Below, in pieces: positions 10,351 to 19,816 of a DNA stretch of 64,000 nt. The notes beneath the pieces are model-generated. The model did no database searches, was not told where the DNA came from, and worked only from the letters and a program-made list of their open reading frames with translations. The translations under genes were made by a program, and so were the position numbers. This DNA is from Gemmatimonadota bacterium (lineage in GTDB: Bacteria > Gemmatimonadota > Gemmatimonadetes > Palauibacterales > Palauibacteraceae). The stretch is taken from contig OZ220691.1 of the NCBI GenBank assembly GCA_965116475.1, positions 1 to 64,000 of the forward strand, read 5' to 3'. The first letter of the stretch is position 1, and every line of letters starts with the position of its first letter.

Positions 10351-11357
10351 GCGAGCACGCGGTCGCCGTGCTGGGGGCGGGGAGCTGGGGCACGGCGCTG
10401 GCGGATGTCCTCGTACGGAACGGTCACGAGGTGCGACTGTGGGCGCGGGACGCCGCACACGCCGCCGCCATGCGCGATACCGGAACGAACGAACGCTATC
10501 TGCCCGGCATCGAACTCGGCAGCCCCCTCACCGTGACGTCGGATCTCGCGGAGGCGATGGACGGCACCGGTTTCGTGCTCTCCGTCTGCCCGTCGCACGC
10601 GGTGCGCGAGGTGCTGGGAAACGCCGCGCCCCACCTCGCCGGCCAGGTGCTGGTCTCGGCCTCCAAGGGGATCGAGATCGGGACGCACCGGAGGATGTCG
10701 GAGGTCATCGTGGAGACGCTCGGCGAGGCGGCGGGACGGCGCACCGTCGTCCTCTCGGGCCCCAGCTTCGCGGAGGAACTCCTGCGCCGACTCCCCACCG
10801 CGGTCGTCGCAGCGAGCCGGAGCGAGGTCCACGCACTCGCCGTGCAGAGCCTGTTCCGGAACGGGTATTTTCGGGTGTACACGCAGCCGGATGTGGACGG
10901 CGTCGAACTGGGCGGCGCGCTCAAGAACGTGATCGCGCTCGCCGCCGGGATCTCGGATGGACTGGAGTTGGGGTCGAACGCGCGCGCGGCGCTCATCAAC
11001 CGCGGACTGGCGGAGACGGCCCGGCTGGCCCGGCACTTCGGGGCGCGGGAAACGACGCTCGGCGGCCTCGCCGGACTCGGAGACCTCGTCCTCACCTGCA
11101 CGGGACGGCTGAGCCGGAATCGCTCGGCCGGACTCGCCATCGGCGCGGGCCGCCGGCCCTCGGAAGTGATCGGCGAGATGGACCAGGTCGTGGAAGGGGT
11201 GCGAACGGCGCGCGCGGCATACGAACTGAGCCGGGACCTGGACGTGGAGATGCCGATCACAAGCAGCGTATATTCGATCCTGTACGAAGATGTTGCGCCC
11301 CGTGAGGTGCTGGCGCAGTTGATGGCCCGGGAACCGAAACCCGAGCGCTGGGGCTAG
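10347..11357 (+). CDS. gpsA: NAD(P)H-dependent glycerol-3-phosphate dehydrogenase
   Basis: GAGSWGTALA, SKGIE, LSGPSFA, GGALKNV, GLGDLVLTC, SRN. Confidence 0.96.
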   Translation: MSEHAVAVLGAGSWGTALADVLVRNGHEVRLWARDAAHAAAMRDTGTNERYLPGIELGSPLTVTSDLAEAMDGTGFVLSVCPSHAVREVLGNAAPHLAGQVLVSASKGIEIGTHRRMSEVIVETLGEAAGRRTVVLSGPSFAEELLRRLPTAVVAASRSEVHALAVQSLFRNGYFRVYTQPDVDGVELGGALKNVIALAAGISDGLELGSNARAALINRGLAETARLARHFGARETTLGGLAGLGDLVLTCTGRLSRNRSAGLAIGAGRRPSEVIGEMDQVVEGVRTARAAYELSRDLDVEMPITSSVYSILYEDVAPREVLAQLMAREPKPERWG

Positions 11358-11384
11358 CGCCGGGAAGCGAGGGAAGGGGAAGGC

Positions 11385-11747
11385 GTGTCCGACCGCATCG
11401 CCCCGAAGGAGTACTACTCGATCGGCGAAGTGTGCGAGATCGCGGATCTCAAGCCGCACGTCCTGCGCTATTGGGAAACGCAGTTCTCGGCGCTCCGCCC
11501 GACGAAGAACCGGGCAGGCAACCGGGTGTACCGCCCGAAGCAGATTCAGCTCGTGCAACTCCTGCGGCAGCTGCTCTACACCGAGCGGTACACGATCGAG
11601 GGCGCGAGACGAAGACTCGATCAGCTGCGCGCGGGCGGGGAACTCGCGGCGCAGGCGCGCGTGGCCTGGGACCGGGAGATGATCCGCGACCTCCGGCAGG
11701 AAGCCGACGAACTGGTCCGGCTTCTCGAAGACGGCGAGGCCGGGTGA
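11385..11747 (+). CDS. MerR-family HTH transcriptional regulator
   Basis: YYSIGEVCEIADLKPHVLRYWETQF...GNRVY...YTIEGA. Confidence 0.9.
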   Translation: MSDRIAPKEYYSIGEVCEIADLKPHVLRYWETQFSALRPTKNRAGNRVYRPKQIQLVQLLRQLLYTERYTIEGARRRLDQLRAGGELAAQARVAWDREMIRDLRQEADELVRLLEDGEAG

Positions 11748-12511
11748 GCGAAGCTGAAAGACCCGTCCTCCTGTGCACGAACGATGACGGCGTGAAGTCG
11801 ACGGGGCTCGCGTTGCTCGCCCGCGTGGCGGACGCGTTCGGCGACGTGTGGACGGTGGCGCCGGACCGGGAGCAGAGCGCGACGAGCCATGCGCTCTCGC
11901 TGTTCCGGCCGCTCCGGCTGACGCAACTCGGGCCGCAGCGCTACATGGTGGACGGGACGCCGACCGATTGCGTCCTCCTCGCCCTGAAGGAGATCCTCGA
12001 GGCACGGCCCCGGTTCGTCCTCTCCGGCGTCAACCACGGTCCGAACATGGGGGAAGACGTCCTCTACTCCGGTACGGTGGCGGCGGCGATGGAGGCGACG
12101 ATCCTCGGCGTGCCCGCGATCGCCTTCTCGTTCACGGGGAGCGACGACCGGGTCCTCGAGAGCTACGAGGCGTTGCTGGGCCAAATCATCGCGGCCTGTC
12201 TCAACCGGGACGCCTTCCCGGATGAGACGTTCTTCAACGTGAACCTTCCGGACCGGCCGGCGGGCCAGGTGAAGGGGATCACGGTGACGGCGCTCGGGCG
12301 TCGGGTGTACCATGACTCGCTGCGGCGGATTCACGATGAGGAGGGGACCGAGTACTTCAAGATCGGAGGAGGGCGTTCGGCCTGGCGGGGGCGGGAGGAC
12401 TCCGACTTCCGCGCGGTGCGCGCCGGCTTCGTCTCGGTGACGCCGCTCCACCTCGACCTGACGAATTTCGAGCTGCTGAACGAGGTGAGGTCGTGGCGGC
12501 TGGGGGGGTGA
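11744..12511 (+). CDS. surE: 5'/3'-nucleotidase SurE
   Basis: TNDDG, APDREQSA, DGTPTDCV, SGVNHGPN, YSGTVAAA, SVTPL. GTGA overlap. Confidence 0.96.
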   Translation: MSEAERPVLLCTNDDGVKSTGLALLARVADAFGDVWTVAPDREQSATSHALSLFRPLRLTQLGPQRYMVDGTPTDCVLLALKEILEARPRFVLSGVNHGPNMGEDVLYSGTVAAAMEATILGVPAIAFSFTGSDDRVLESYEALLGQIIAACLNRDAFPDETFFNVNLPDRPAGQVKGITVTALGRRVYHDSLRRIHDEEGTEYFKIGGGRSAWRGREDSDFRAVRAGFVSVTPLHLDLTNFELLNEVRSWRLGG

Positions 12512-13170
12512 CGGAGCGGGATCCGGCTGCGGACTACCGGCGCGACCGCCGCCGCCTCGTGGAGCGGCTCCGCGATGGGGGGGTCAGTGACCTGGCCGTC
12601 CTGCACGCGTTCGACAGCGTCCCGCGGCACGCGTTCATCCCCGACGTGATGCGCGCGCGCGCCTACGAGGACGCGCCGCTCCCCATCGGGCGGGGGCAGA
12701 CGATTTCGAGTCCGACGATCCACGCCCTCAGCCTCGAATACGCGGAGATCCGCCCCGGTGAGCGCGTCCTCGAGGTGGGGACGGGAGCGGGGTTTCAGAC
12801 GGCGCTCCTCGCGGCGCTCGGTGCGAGCGTGTACTCCATCGAGCGGATCGCCTCCCTGTACGAGGCCGCGGCGCGCACGCTGGAGCGCCTCGGCGTGGAC
12901 GCGCGCCTCATGCACGGGGACGGGAGCCGGGGCTGGCCGAAGTACGCGCCGTTCCAGGCGATCATCGTGGGCGCGGCCGCCGTCCGCCCGCCCGAAGCGC
13001 TCTTCAGGCAGCTCGCCGATGGGGGCCGCCTCATCGTGCCCGTGGGCACGCGCCGGCAGGAACTGCGGCGCTACACGCGACGCGGGGACGATTTCGAACA
13101 GGAGACGATCACCGGCGCCCGCTTCGTCCCGCTCATCGAGGGCGGACGGCGGGGCGGGGGGGCCGAGTGA
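12508..13170 (+). CDS. pcm: Protein-L-isoaspartate O-methyltransferase
   Basis: VPRHAF, AYEDAPLPIG.GQTIS, VLEVGTGAG, GDGSRGW, RFVPL. Follows surE. Confidence 0.95.
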   Translation: MTERDPAADYRRDRRRLVERLRDGGVSDLAVLHAFDSVPRHAFIPDVMRARAYEDAPLPIGRGQTISSPTIHALSLEYAEIRPGERVLEVGTGAGFQTALLAALGASVYSIERIASLYEAAARTLERLGVDARLMHGDGSRGWPKYAPFQAIIVGAAAVRPPEALFRQLADGGRLIVPVGTRRQELRRYTRRGDDFEQETITGARFVPLIEGGRRGGGAE

Positions 13171-14087
13171 AGCCCGCGAGGGCCTGGGCCGGGGTGTACG
13201 CCCGGGGCCTCGCCATGGGGCTGGCGGATCTCGTGCCCGGGGTTTCCGGGGGGACGGTCGCCTTCATCTCGGGCATCTACGACGAACTCGTCACGACGAT
13301 CGCGGGCCTCGACCGCCGCCTGCTCGCGGCGTTCCGGGAACGGGGGGTACGCGGCGTGTGGCAGGCGGGCAACCTCGGCTTCCTCGCCGTTCTGCTCGCC
13401 GGCATCGGCACGAGCGTGTTCGCCTTCGCCGGGCTGCTGCACTGGCTGCTCGCGAACCGGCCCGGCGAGCTGTGGGCCTTCTTCTTCGGCCTCGTGGCGG
13501 CGTCGGTGCCGCTCGTCGGCCGGCGGGTCGCGGATCGCCGCGCCGGCACCTGGACCCTTGCCGCCGCGGGGGCCGCGGGGGCCGCCGTCGTCACGACGCT
13601 GCCCCCGCTCGTCCGCTCCGACGCGCCTCTCTTTCTCGCGGCGGCCGCGGCCGTGGCGGCCTGCGCCATGATCCTGCCCGGCATCTCCGGCAGCCTGGTC
13701 CTGCTCATCCTGGGCGCCTACGCCCCGGTGATGGCCGCCCTCACCGACCGGGACGCCCTTCGGATCGCGGCCGTGGGCCTCGGGGTGGTGGTCGGCCTGC
13801 TCGCGTTCAGCCGCGGCCTGCGGCGGCTCCTCGCTCGCCACCGCGCGCCCACGCTGGCCGTGCTCACGGGGTTTCTCCTCGGCTCGCTCAACGCGCTGTG
13901 GCCGTGGAAAACGCAGCTCCGCGAACTGTACACGCACCGCGACGGCCGCATCGAATGGCTACTGGCGAACCGCTGGCCGGAGGGTCCGGGCGAGATCTGG
14001 CCGGCGGCCGCTCTCGCGCTCCTGGGGGCGGCGGCCGTCGTCGCCCTCGACCGGCTCGCCGGCGCGCGCGGCCCCGGCCGGCCGTGA
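13167..14087 (+). CDS. DUF368 family membrane protein (undecaprenyl-phosphate translocase family)
   Basis: Duplicated signature motifs MGLADLVPGVSGGTVA and AMILPGISGS. Multi-TM. Confidence 0.9.
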   Translation: MKPARAWAGVYARGLAMGLADLVPGVSGGTVAFISGIYDELVTTIAGLDRRLLAAFRERGVRGVWQAGNLGFLAVLLAGIGTSVFAFAGLLHWLLANRPGELWAFFFGLVAASVPLVGRRVADRRAGTWTLAAAGAAGAAVVTTLPPLVRSDAPLFLAAAAAVAACAMILPGISGSLVLLILGAYAPVMAALTDRDALRIAAVGLGVVVGLLAFSRGLRRLLARHRAPTLAVLTGFLLGSLNALWPWKTQLRELYTHRDGRIEWLLANRWPEGPGEIWPAAALALLGAAAVVALDRLAGARGPGRP

Positions 14088-14173
14088 TGGCCATGCAAGT
14101 AGCGGCGATCCGCCCGGCCGGGTAGCTTCCACGCCGTTCGACAACCGAGCGGGAAACGAGGAGGAAACGGCAG

Positions 14174-14869
14174 ATGGCGGACGCACTCGCCAGCGGAAAG
14201 CGGCCGGATCACGAGGGCGGACGGCAGGATGCCTTCGTCCGGTCCACCTTCCGTCTGGCCACCTGGGTCAACAGGAACATGCGAGGGGTGCTGGTGGGCG
14301 CCGCCGGCGTCGCGATGGTCGTCGTGGGCGTCGTGTACTACACGAACTTCCAGGCCTCGGTGCGCGAGCAGGCGGCGAACGAACTCGCGACGCTGCGGAT
14401 GACCGCGACCGACCCCGAACTCCTCATCGCCGATCTCGTAACCTACGTCGAGCGCTTCGACGGCGTCGCGGCGGCGAACGAAGGCCGACTCCTCCTCGCG
14501 CGGAGCTATCTCGACGCGGGGCGGTCCGTGGAGGCGGCGCAGGTCGCGAGCGCGATCGGGGAGGCGCCCGACCGGCCGGTCGGACTCGCCGCCCGCACGC
14601 TCCTCGCGGCGGCGCAGGAAGCGTCCGGCGACGCGGAGACCGCGCTCGCGACATGGGAAGCCCTCGGAGAGACGGCGCGCTTCGGCTTCCAGCGCCGCGA
14701 GGCACGCGCCTCCGCTGCGAGAATCCTCGCGTCCCTCGGCCGTGTCGAGGAAGCCGAGACGATCTTCGCCGCCATCGCCGAGGAAGCCGCCGGGGAGGAC
14801 CCCGTGGAAGCCGGCGTCTACCGCCTCCGCCTCGGAGAGCTCAAGGCCCGCCGCGCCGGTAGCGGCTGA
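14174..14869 (+). CDS. YfgM-like single-TM TPR protein
   Basis: One N-terminal TM helix followed by a helical TPR-like region. Strong RBS (GAGGAGG). Confidence 0.7.
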   Translation: MADALASGKRPDHEGGRQDAFVRSTFRLATWVNRNMRGVLVGAAGVAMVVVGVVYYTNFQASVREQAANELATLRMTATDPELLIADLVTYVERFDGVAAANEGRLLLARSYLDAGRSVEAAQVASAIGEAPDRPVGLAARTLLAAAQEASGDAETALATWEALGETARFGFQRREARASAARILASLGRVEEAETIFAAIAEEAAGEDPVEAGVYRLRLGELKARRAGSG

Positions 14870-14910
14870 CTCGCAACTGCAGATTCCCCTACGGTCGTGC
14901 CCAACCCGTA

Positions 14911-14938
14911 ATGGCACATAAGATATATTATGTAAACT
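14911..14938. other. dif: Chromosomal dif site (XerC/XerD recombination site)
   Basis: ATGGCACATAA-GATATA-TTATGTAAACT has the 11-6-11 architecture. The right arm matches the B. subtilis dif arm TTATGTAAACT, and the core resembles E. coli CATAA-TGTATA-TTATG. It is an AT-rich intergenic island at the gene-orientation switch. Confidence 0.9.
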
Positions 14939-14972
14939 TACGGAAGATGTAGAGGCGTAGAGGCAGGCCGCC

Positions 14973-14992
14973 GACGTTCCCGCGGGAACGTC
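14973..14992. terminator. Perfect 20-bp palindrome between convergent genes (possible bidirectional terminator or protein-binding site)
   Basis: GACGTTCCCG-CGGGAACGTC, extendable by GCCGCC/GGCGGC. No U-tract. Confidence 0.45.
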
Positions 14993-15026
14993 TCGGGCGG
15001 CTCCGGCGCACGGCTCCCCCGCACAG

Positions 15027-17384
15027 CTAGAACGTGAAGGTGTGGGAATACTTCACCATGAGCGCGCGGCCGGACGAGAACGGGAGGCGCGGGTCGACGC
15101 CGCCGTTCGTGCGGTCCATGAAGTAGCCTTCGTTGTAGACCACCCACAGATCCACGCCCTCGCGGAAGTGGTAGCGGAAGCGCGCGTTCACGCTCACCTG
15201 GTCGGTCGTGGAGTTGTACTGGGCCAGCGTGCTCAGCGAGAGGTGCGTGTCGAGCGCGAAATCCAGGTTGAGCCGCGCCAGGTGCGTCGTCAGGAAGTCG
15301 CGGTTCGGCAACTCGAAGCGGTTGATGTGGTAGCTCGGGCGGAGTTCGAAGTGCCGCGAGAGGTTCAGCGCCGGACTCAGGCGGAGGCTCACGCGGCGAC
15401 CGTCGTAGAAGCTCCCGGCCGAGCCGCCGATTTCCCCGCGCACGAGGCCGCCGCGGGAGAGCCGCAGCGAAGCCTCGGCTTCGTGGAACCAGTACTCCCC
15501 CGGGTCGACCGTCAGGTCCGCGATCCTGAACGGGACCCGGATGCTCTCGAAGCTCGAGCGGGACGTGAGTATCATGAAGGTTCCGGACTTCATGCCGATC
15601 ATCACCTGAGGAGCGATAACCCGTGACTCAGGCGTGAGATCCACGTTTCTGTAGTAGTGCTGCGTCTCGCCGCTGAGGGTCACGGCGCGCAGCGCCGAGT
15701 TGGCGCCCATGAACCAGGAATAGCCGGCCGATCCGCCGAAGAGCGTGAACTCGTTGCGCAGCTGGAAACCGAGGCGCGGCAGGTAGTCTCCGCCCACGCG
15801 GCGATACTGGGCGCTGTAGGCGAACCCCTCCTGCCGCCTCCGCTCGAACTGGGCGAAGAAGGTTCCCGCGTCGAGCGGGTTGCGCTCCACCACGTCGTCA
15901 TCGAAGGACTGGGCCCAGCGTAGCGTCAGGTACTCGTCCCCGAACAGCCGGACCTCGCTGTCGGCGCCGTAGGCCACGTTCGTCTTCCCGTACGCGTCGA
16001 CGCGCGTGGTGACGATCCCGCCGACGGAGGAATTCTGGTTGAAGACCTGCTGCTTGAGGCGCAGGACGCCCATGTTCTCGCCCGGCCGCCCGACCGCGGG
16101 GGCCGTCTGCATGTTCAGCAGCCCGAAGTCGAGCCCCCCGGCCCGTCCCACCACGCGCGCGCCGCCGTAGATGCGGACGAGTTCGCCGCGGTCGAGTCCG
16201 ATCCGGCGGCTGAAGAAGACCCGGTCGGTGACGCCCCCGGTGGCGAAGTCGAACGTCGCCGAGCGTTCCTGGAAGAACTGCCGCTTTTCCGGGAAGAAGA
16301 GGGGGAACCGCGTGAGGTTGATCTGCTGGTCGTCCGCCTCCACCTGGGCGAAGTCCGTGTTGGCGGTGAGGTCGATCGACAGGTTCGACGATGGCGAATA
16401 CTTGAAGTCGAGGCCCGGTTCCCCGGTGGGGTCGTCCGTCGTCTCCCAGTACGCCCGCACGTCCGGCGGTTCGCGGAGGGTCGGGACCTGCGTCATCCCT
16501 CCGAGGAGGTACGGCGTCACGTAGATCGGCTTCGCGCGATTCACCCCGCTGAAGGTGACCCGTTGCGCCAGCGATGGTTTGCCGAAGCCGAAGAACCCGT
16601 ACTCGGGCGAGATGTCCGGGTAGACGTGGCGCTCGTTCTTGCGCGAAATCGAGCGGTAGACGATGAGCCCCATCGTCACTTCCCCGCCCGTGTCCTGGAA
16701 CCCGAGCGTCGAGAACGGGATCTGCATTTCCGCCGACCAGCCGTCGTTCGTCCGCTGGACGGCGGCGTTCCAGTGCGCGTTCCAGTCGCTGTTGAAGGGC
16801 CGGGTCCCCGCCGTCCACTCGGCGTCGCCCCAAACGGCGCGGTCGGATCGGGCGCCGTTGGGGTTCACCACGAACGCAACGGCCGTCTCGTGGTCGTTGT
16901 AGCTGTCGATCACGACCGAGAACTGGTCGTCGCCGCTGAACCCATCGCGGGCGAAGCTGTTCGCCCGGATCCCGCCCAAATCGGAATCGAACAGCTGCCC
17001 GGAGACATACAGATACCGGTCGTCGTAGGCGATCCGGATCCGCGTCTCTTCGGTGAGGGCGCCGCCGTAAGTGGGCGAATACATCACGAGCGGGACAGGG
17101 TCCACTTCCGCCCACGCCGGATCGTCGACGAAGCCGTCGAGGTGGATGTGGCCGTGGCCCTGGAGGCGATGGAGAGGCACCGAGGGCTTCCCCCGCCCGC
17201 CGGCCTGGGCCCCCACCTGTGTCGGCATGCCGACCAGGAGCGCAACCGCAAGCATCGCGCACAGCCACAGGGCCGGCCGCAGGGGCGCCCACGGACCGGG
17301 CCACAGAGGCAGCCACGCTTCGGCCGCTACGCCGATTCCGGCCGGGAACCCGCCAACACTCCGGCAAGCGGTCACGTGACGCAT
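15027..17384 (-). CDS. CBM9-like + DUF5916 outer-membrane protein, paralog 1
   Basis: Signal peptide ending ..AQA, CBM9-like LDG..DDPAW..TRIRIAYDDRYLY, DUF5916 motif NTDFAQVEAD..NLTRFPLFFPEKRQFF, and a C-terminal aromatic residue (YSHTFTF). Confidence 0.85.
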   Translation of the reverse strand: MRHVTACRSVGGFPAGIGVAAEAWLPLWPGPWAPLRPALWLCAMLAVALLVGMPTQVGAQAGGRGKPSVPLHRLQGHGHIHLDGFVDDPAWAEVDPVPLVMYSPTYGGALTEETRIRIAYDDRYLYVSGQLFDSDLGGIRANSFARDGFSGDDQFSVVIDSYNDHETAVAFVVNPNGARSDRAVWGDAEWTAGTRPFNSDWNAHWNAAVQRTNDGWSAEMQIPFSTLGFQDTGGEVTMGLIVYRSISRKNERHVYPDISPEYGFFGFGKPSLAQRVTFSGVNRAKPIYVTPYLLGGMTQVPTLREPPDVRAYWETTDDPTGEPGLDFKYSPSSNLSIDLTANTDFAQVEADDQQINLTRFPLFFPEKRQFFQERSATFDFATGGVTDRVFFSRRIGLDRGELVRIYGGARVVGRAGGLDFGLLNMQTAPAVGRPGENMGVLRLKQQVFNQNSSVGGIVTTRVDAYGKTNVAYGADSEVRLFGDEYLTLRWAQSFDDDVVERNPLDAGTFFAQFERRRQEGFAYSAQYRRVGGDYLPRLGFQLRNEFTLFGGSAGYSWFMGANSALRAVTLSGETQHYYRNVDLTPESRVIAPQVMIGMKSGTFMILTSRSSFESIRVPFRIADLTVDPGEYWFHEAEASLRLSRGGLVRGEIGGSAGSFYDGRRVSLRLSPALNLSRHFELRPSYHINRFELPNRDFLTTHLARLNLDFALDTHLSLSTLAQYNSTTDQVSVNARFRYHFREGVDLWVVYNEGYFMDRTNGGVDPRLPFSSGRALMVKYSHTFTF

Positions 17385-17388
17385 CTCC

Positions 17389-19713
17389 CTACCAGATGAA
17401 GGTGTGGGAATACTTGATCATGATGTTTCGTCCCGCCGACCACGGCAGCCTCGGATCGAACCCGCGGTCCCGTTCGAAGTTGAACCCTTCATTATACACA
17501 ATCCACAGGTCCGTGCCCTCCCTGAAGTGATAGCGGAAGCGCGCGTTGACGCTCGTCCGGTCGTCGAGGTTGTTGTACTGCGCGAAGGCGCCGAACGAGA
17601 TGTGCGTGTTGAAGGCGAAGTTCAGCCGTAGCCGGCCCAGGTGCGTCGTGGTCGCCTCGCCCCGGTCGGGGAACTCGAGCCGGTTCACCTCGTAGCCGCC
17701 GACGAGCTCCAGGTAGCGGGAGACGGTCCATGTGGGGTTGAAGATGACGCCCACGCGCCGCCCATCGTAGAAGCTCCCGGCCGTCGTCCGGATGTCGCCG
17801 CGGAAGATCGTGCTGCGCGGCAGCATCCAGTCGATCCCGGCCTCCGTGAACCGGTATTCGCCGGGCTGGATGGACACGGCACCGACCCGGAAGGGTCTGC
17901 GAATGTCTTCGATCTGGCTGTTCGCGTAGGCCATGATCATCGCGGTCGACTTGAATTCGAGCCGCACTTCGGGACGGACCGAGCGGGACTCGAGGGTGAG
18001 GTCGACGTTGCGCTGGTAGTTCTCACCCACCACCGCCAGGGTGATCGCGTTCAGCGTCGCGTCCGCCCCCCTCAGCCAGGTATGGGCCAACTCGCCGCCG
18101 AACAGGGTGAAGTCGTTCCGCAACTGAAAGCCGAGCCGCGGCAGGTAGTCGGGGCCCACGCGCCGGTAGAAGAGGTTGTAGGAGACGCCGCGATCCGTCC
18201 GCCGCTCCCAGCGTGCCCGCACGAGGCTCGCGTCCAGCACGTTGCGCTCCCGGACGACCTCGTCCTGCGTCTGCGCCCAGGTCACCGTGAGGTACTCGTC
18301 GCCGAACAGCCGCAACTGCGAATCCAGGCCATAGGCCACGTTGTCCTGGCCGTTGGAGCCGTAGCGGGTCGTGAGGATCCCGCCGACGAACGAATACGGG
18401 TTGAGCACCTGCTGCTTGAGGCGCATGACCCCCATGTTCTCGCCGGACCGCCCCGCGGCCGGCGCCGTCTGCATGTTGAGGATCCCGAAGTCCAGGCCGC
18501 CGAGCCGGCCGACCAGCCTCGCGCCCCCGTAGATGCGCACGAGTTCGCCCCGTTCGAGGCCGATGCGGCGACTGAAGAACACGCGGTCGGTGAAACCTCC
18601 CGTCCCGAAATCGAAGGTCGACGAGCGTTCCTGGAAGAACTGCCGTTTCTCGGGGAAGAAGAGGGAGAAGCGGGTGAGGTTGACCTGCTGGTCGTCCGCC
18701 TCCACCTGCGCGAAGTCGGTGTTGACGGTGAGATCGATGGCCAGGTTCGACGAGGGCGAGTACTTGAGGTCGAGGCCCGGTTCCGCGACCCGGTCGCGCT
18801 CCGTCCCCCAAAAGGAGGCTGCGTCCGACGGCTCCCTGAGGACCGGGGTCCGGCTCAAGCCGCCGAGCACGTAGGGAGTGACGTACGCGGGCGTCGTGGG
18901 CCGCACGCCGCTCAGCGTCATGCGCTGGCCCTGGGACGGCTTGAGGAAGCCTCCCTGCCCCCATTCGCGCCCGATGAAGGGAAACACGTGGCGTTCGTTC
19001 TTCCGGGCGATGAAGCGGTAGACGATGATCCCCATCGTCACTTCGTCCCCCTGCGCCTGGAATCCCAGCGTGGAGAACGGGACCTGGTATTCCGCGAACC
19101 AGCCCTCGTCGTTCCGCGAGGTGACCACGTGCCAGTGGGCGTTCCAGTCCACGTTGAACGGCATCACGTCGCCCGTGAAATCGCCGTCGTTGGAGAGCGA
19201 GCGATCCTGGCGGACCCCGGCCGGCGTGGTGCCCAGCCAGACGCCGGTCTCGTAGTCGTTGTAGCTGTCGATCACGAACGAGAGGAGATCGTCCCCGCTG
19301 AACGCATCCCGGTAGTAGGTGTTGGCGCGGATGCCGCCGGGGTCGGAGTCGTACATCCGGCCGGAGAGGTAGAGGTACTCATCGTCGTGAGCGATCCGGA
19401 CCTCGGTGCGCTCCGTCATCTCGCCGCCGTGGTCGGGGGCCCACATGAACATCGGGAGCGGCTCGATCGCGTCCCAGGCCGGCTCGTCGACGACGCCGTC
19501 GACGTCGATCTCCCCCGTGAGCCGGGCGATCGGAACCGGAACGGCCGACCGCAGCGCCGCGGCATCGATTTCGCCCGCTCCGTCCGCGCCCCCGGCCTGC
19601 GCGGCGACGCCCGGCGCCAGGATCCAGGGCGCCACGAGCAGACACACCGGCACGATCCACGCGCACGGGGTCGTGAGTCGCCGACGTCGACGGCCGAAGT
19701 GGGTCAACGGCAT
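17389..19713 (-). CDS. CBM9-like + DUF5916 outer-membrane protein, paralog 2
   Basis: Same motifs as paralog 1, ending YSHTFIW. Start taken at ATG 19713; the ORF is open to 19764. Confidence 0.85.
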   Translation of the reverse strand: MPLTHFGRRRRRLTTPCAWIVPVCLLVAPWILAPGVAAQAGGADGAGEIDAAALRSAVPVPIARLTGEIDVDGVVDEPAWDAIEPLPMFMWAPDHGGEMTERTEVRIAHDDEYLYLSGRMYDSDPGGIRANTYYRDAFSGDDLLSFVIDSYNDYETGVWLGTTPAGVRQDRSLSNDGDFTGDVMPFNVDWNAHWHVVTSRNDEGWFAEYQVPFSTLGFQAQGDEVTMGIIVYRFIARKNERHVFPFIGREWGQGGFLKPSQGQRMTLSGVRPTTPAYVTPYVLGGLSRTPVLREPSDAASFWGTERDRVAEPGLDLKYSPSSNLAIDLTVNTDFAQVEADDQQVNLTRFSLFFPEKRQFFQERSSTFDFGTGGFTDRVFFSRRIGLERGELVRIYGGARLVGRLGGLDFGILNMQTAPAAGRSGENMGVMRLKQQVLNPYSFVGGILTTRYGSNGQDNVAYGLDSQLRLFGDEYLTVTWAQTQDEVVRERNVLDASLVRARWERRTDRGVSYNLFYRRVGPDYLPRLGFQLRNDFTLFGGELAHTWLRGADATLNAITLAVVGENYQRNVDLTLESRSVRPEVRLEFKSTAMIMAYANSQIEDIRRPFRVGAVSIQPGEYRFTEAGIDWMLPRSTIFRGDIRTTAGSFYDGRRVGVIFNPTWTVSRYLELVGGYEVNRLEFPDRGEATTTHLGRLRLNFAFNTHISFGAFAQYNNLDDRTSVNARFRYHFREGTDLWIVYNEGFNFERDRGFDPRLPWSAGRNIMIKYSHTFIW

Positions 19714-19816
19714 GCACCCAGGGTCGGGAGTGGCACCGGGGAGGTCTGCTCGCCGAGAGAACACCCCGGCGACCCAGAGGGTTCAATCCCCGCGGCGGAG
19801 GGCGCGTCGCCTCCGG

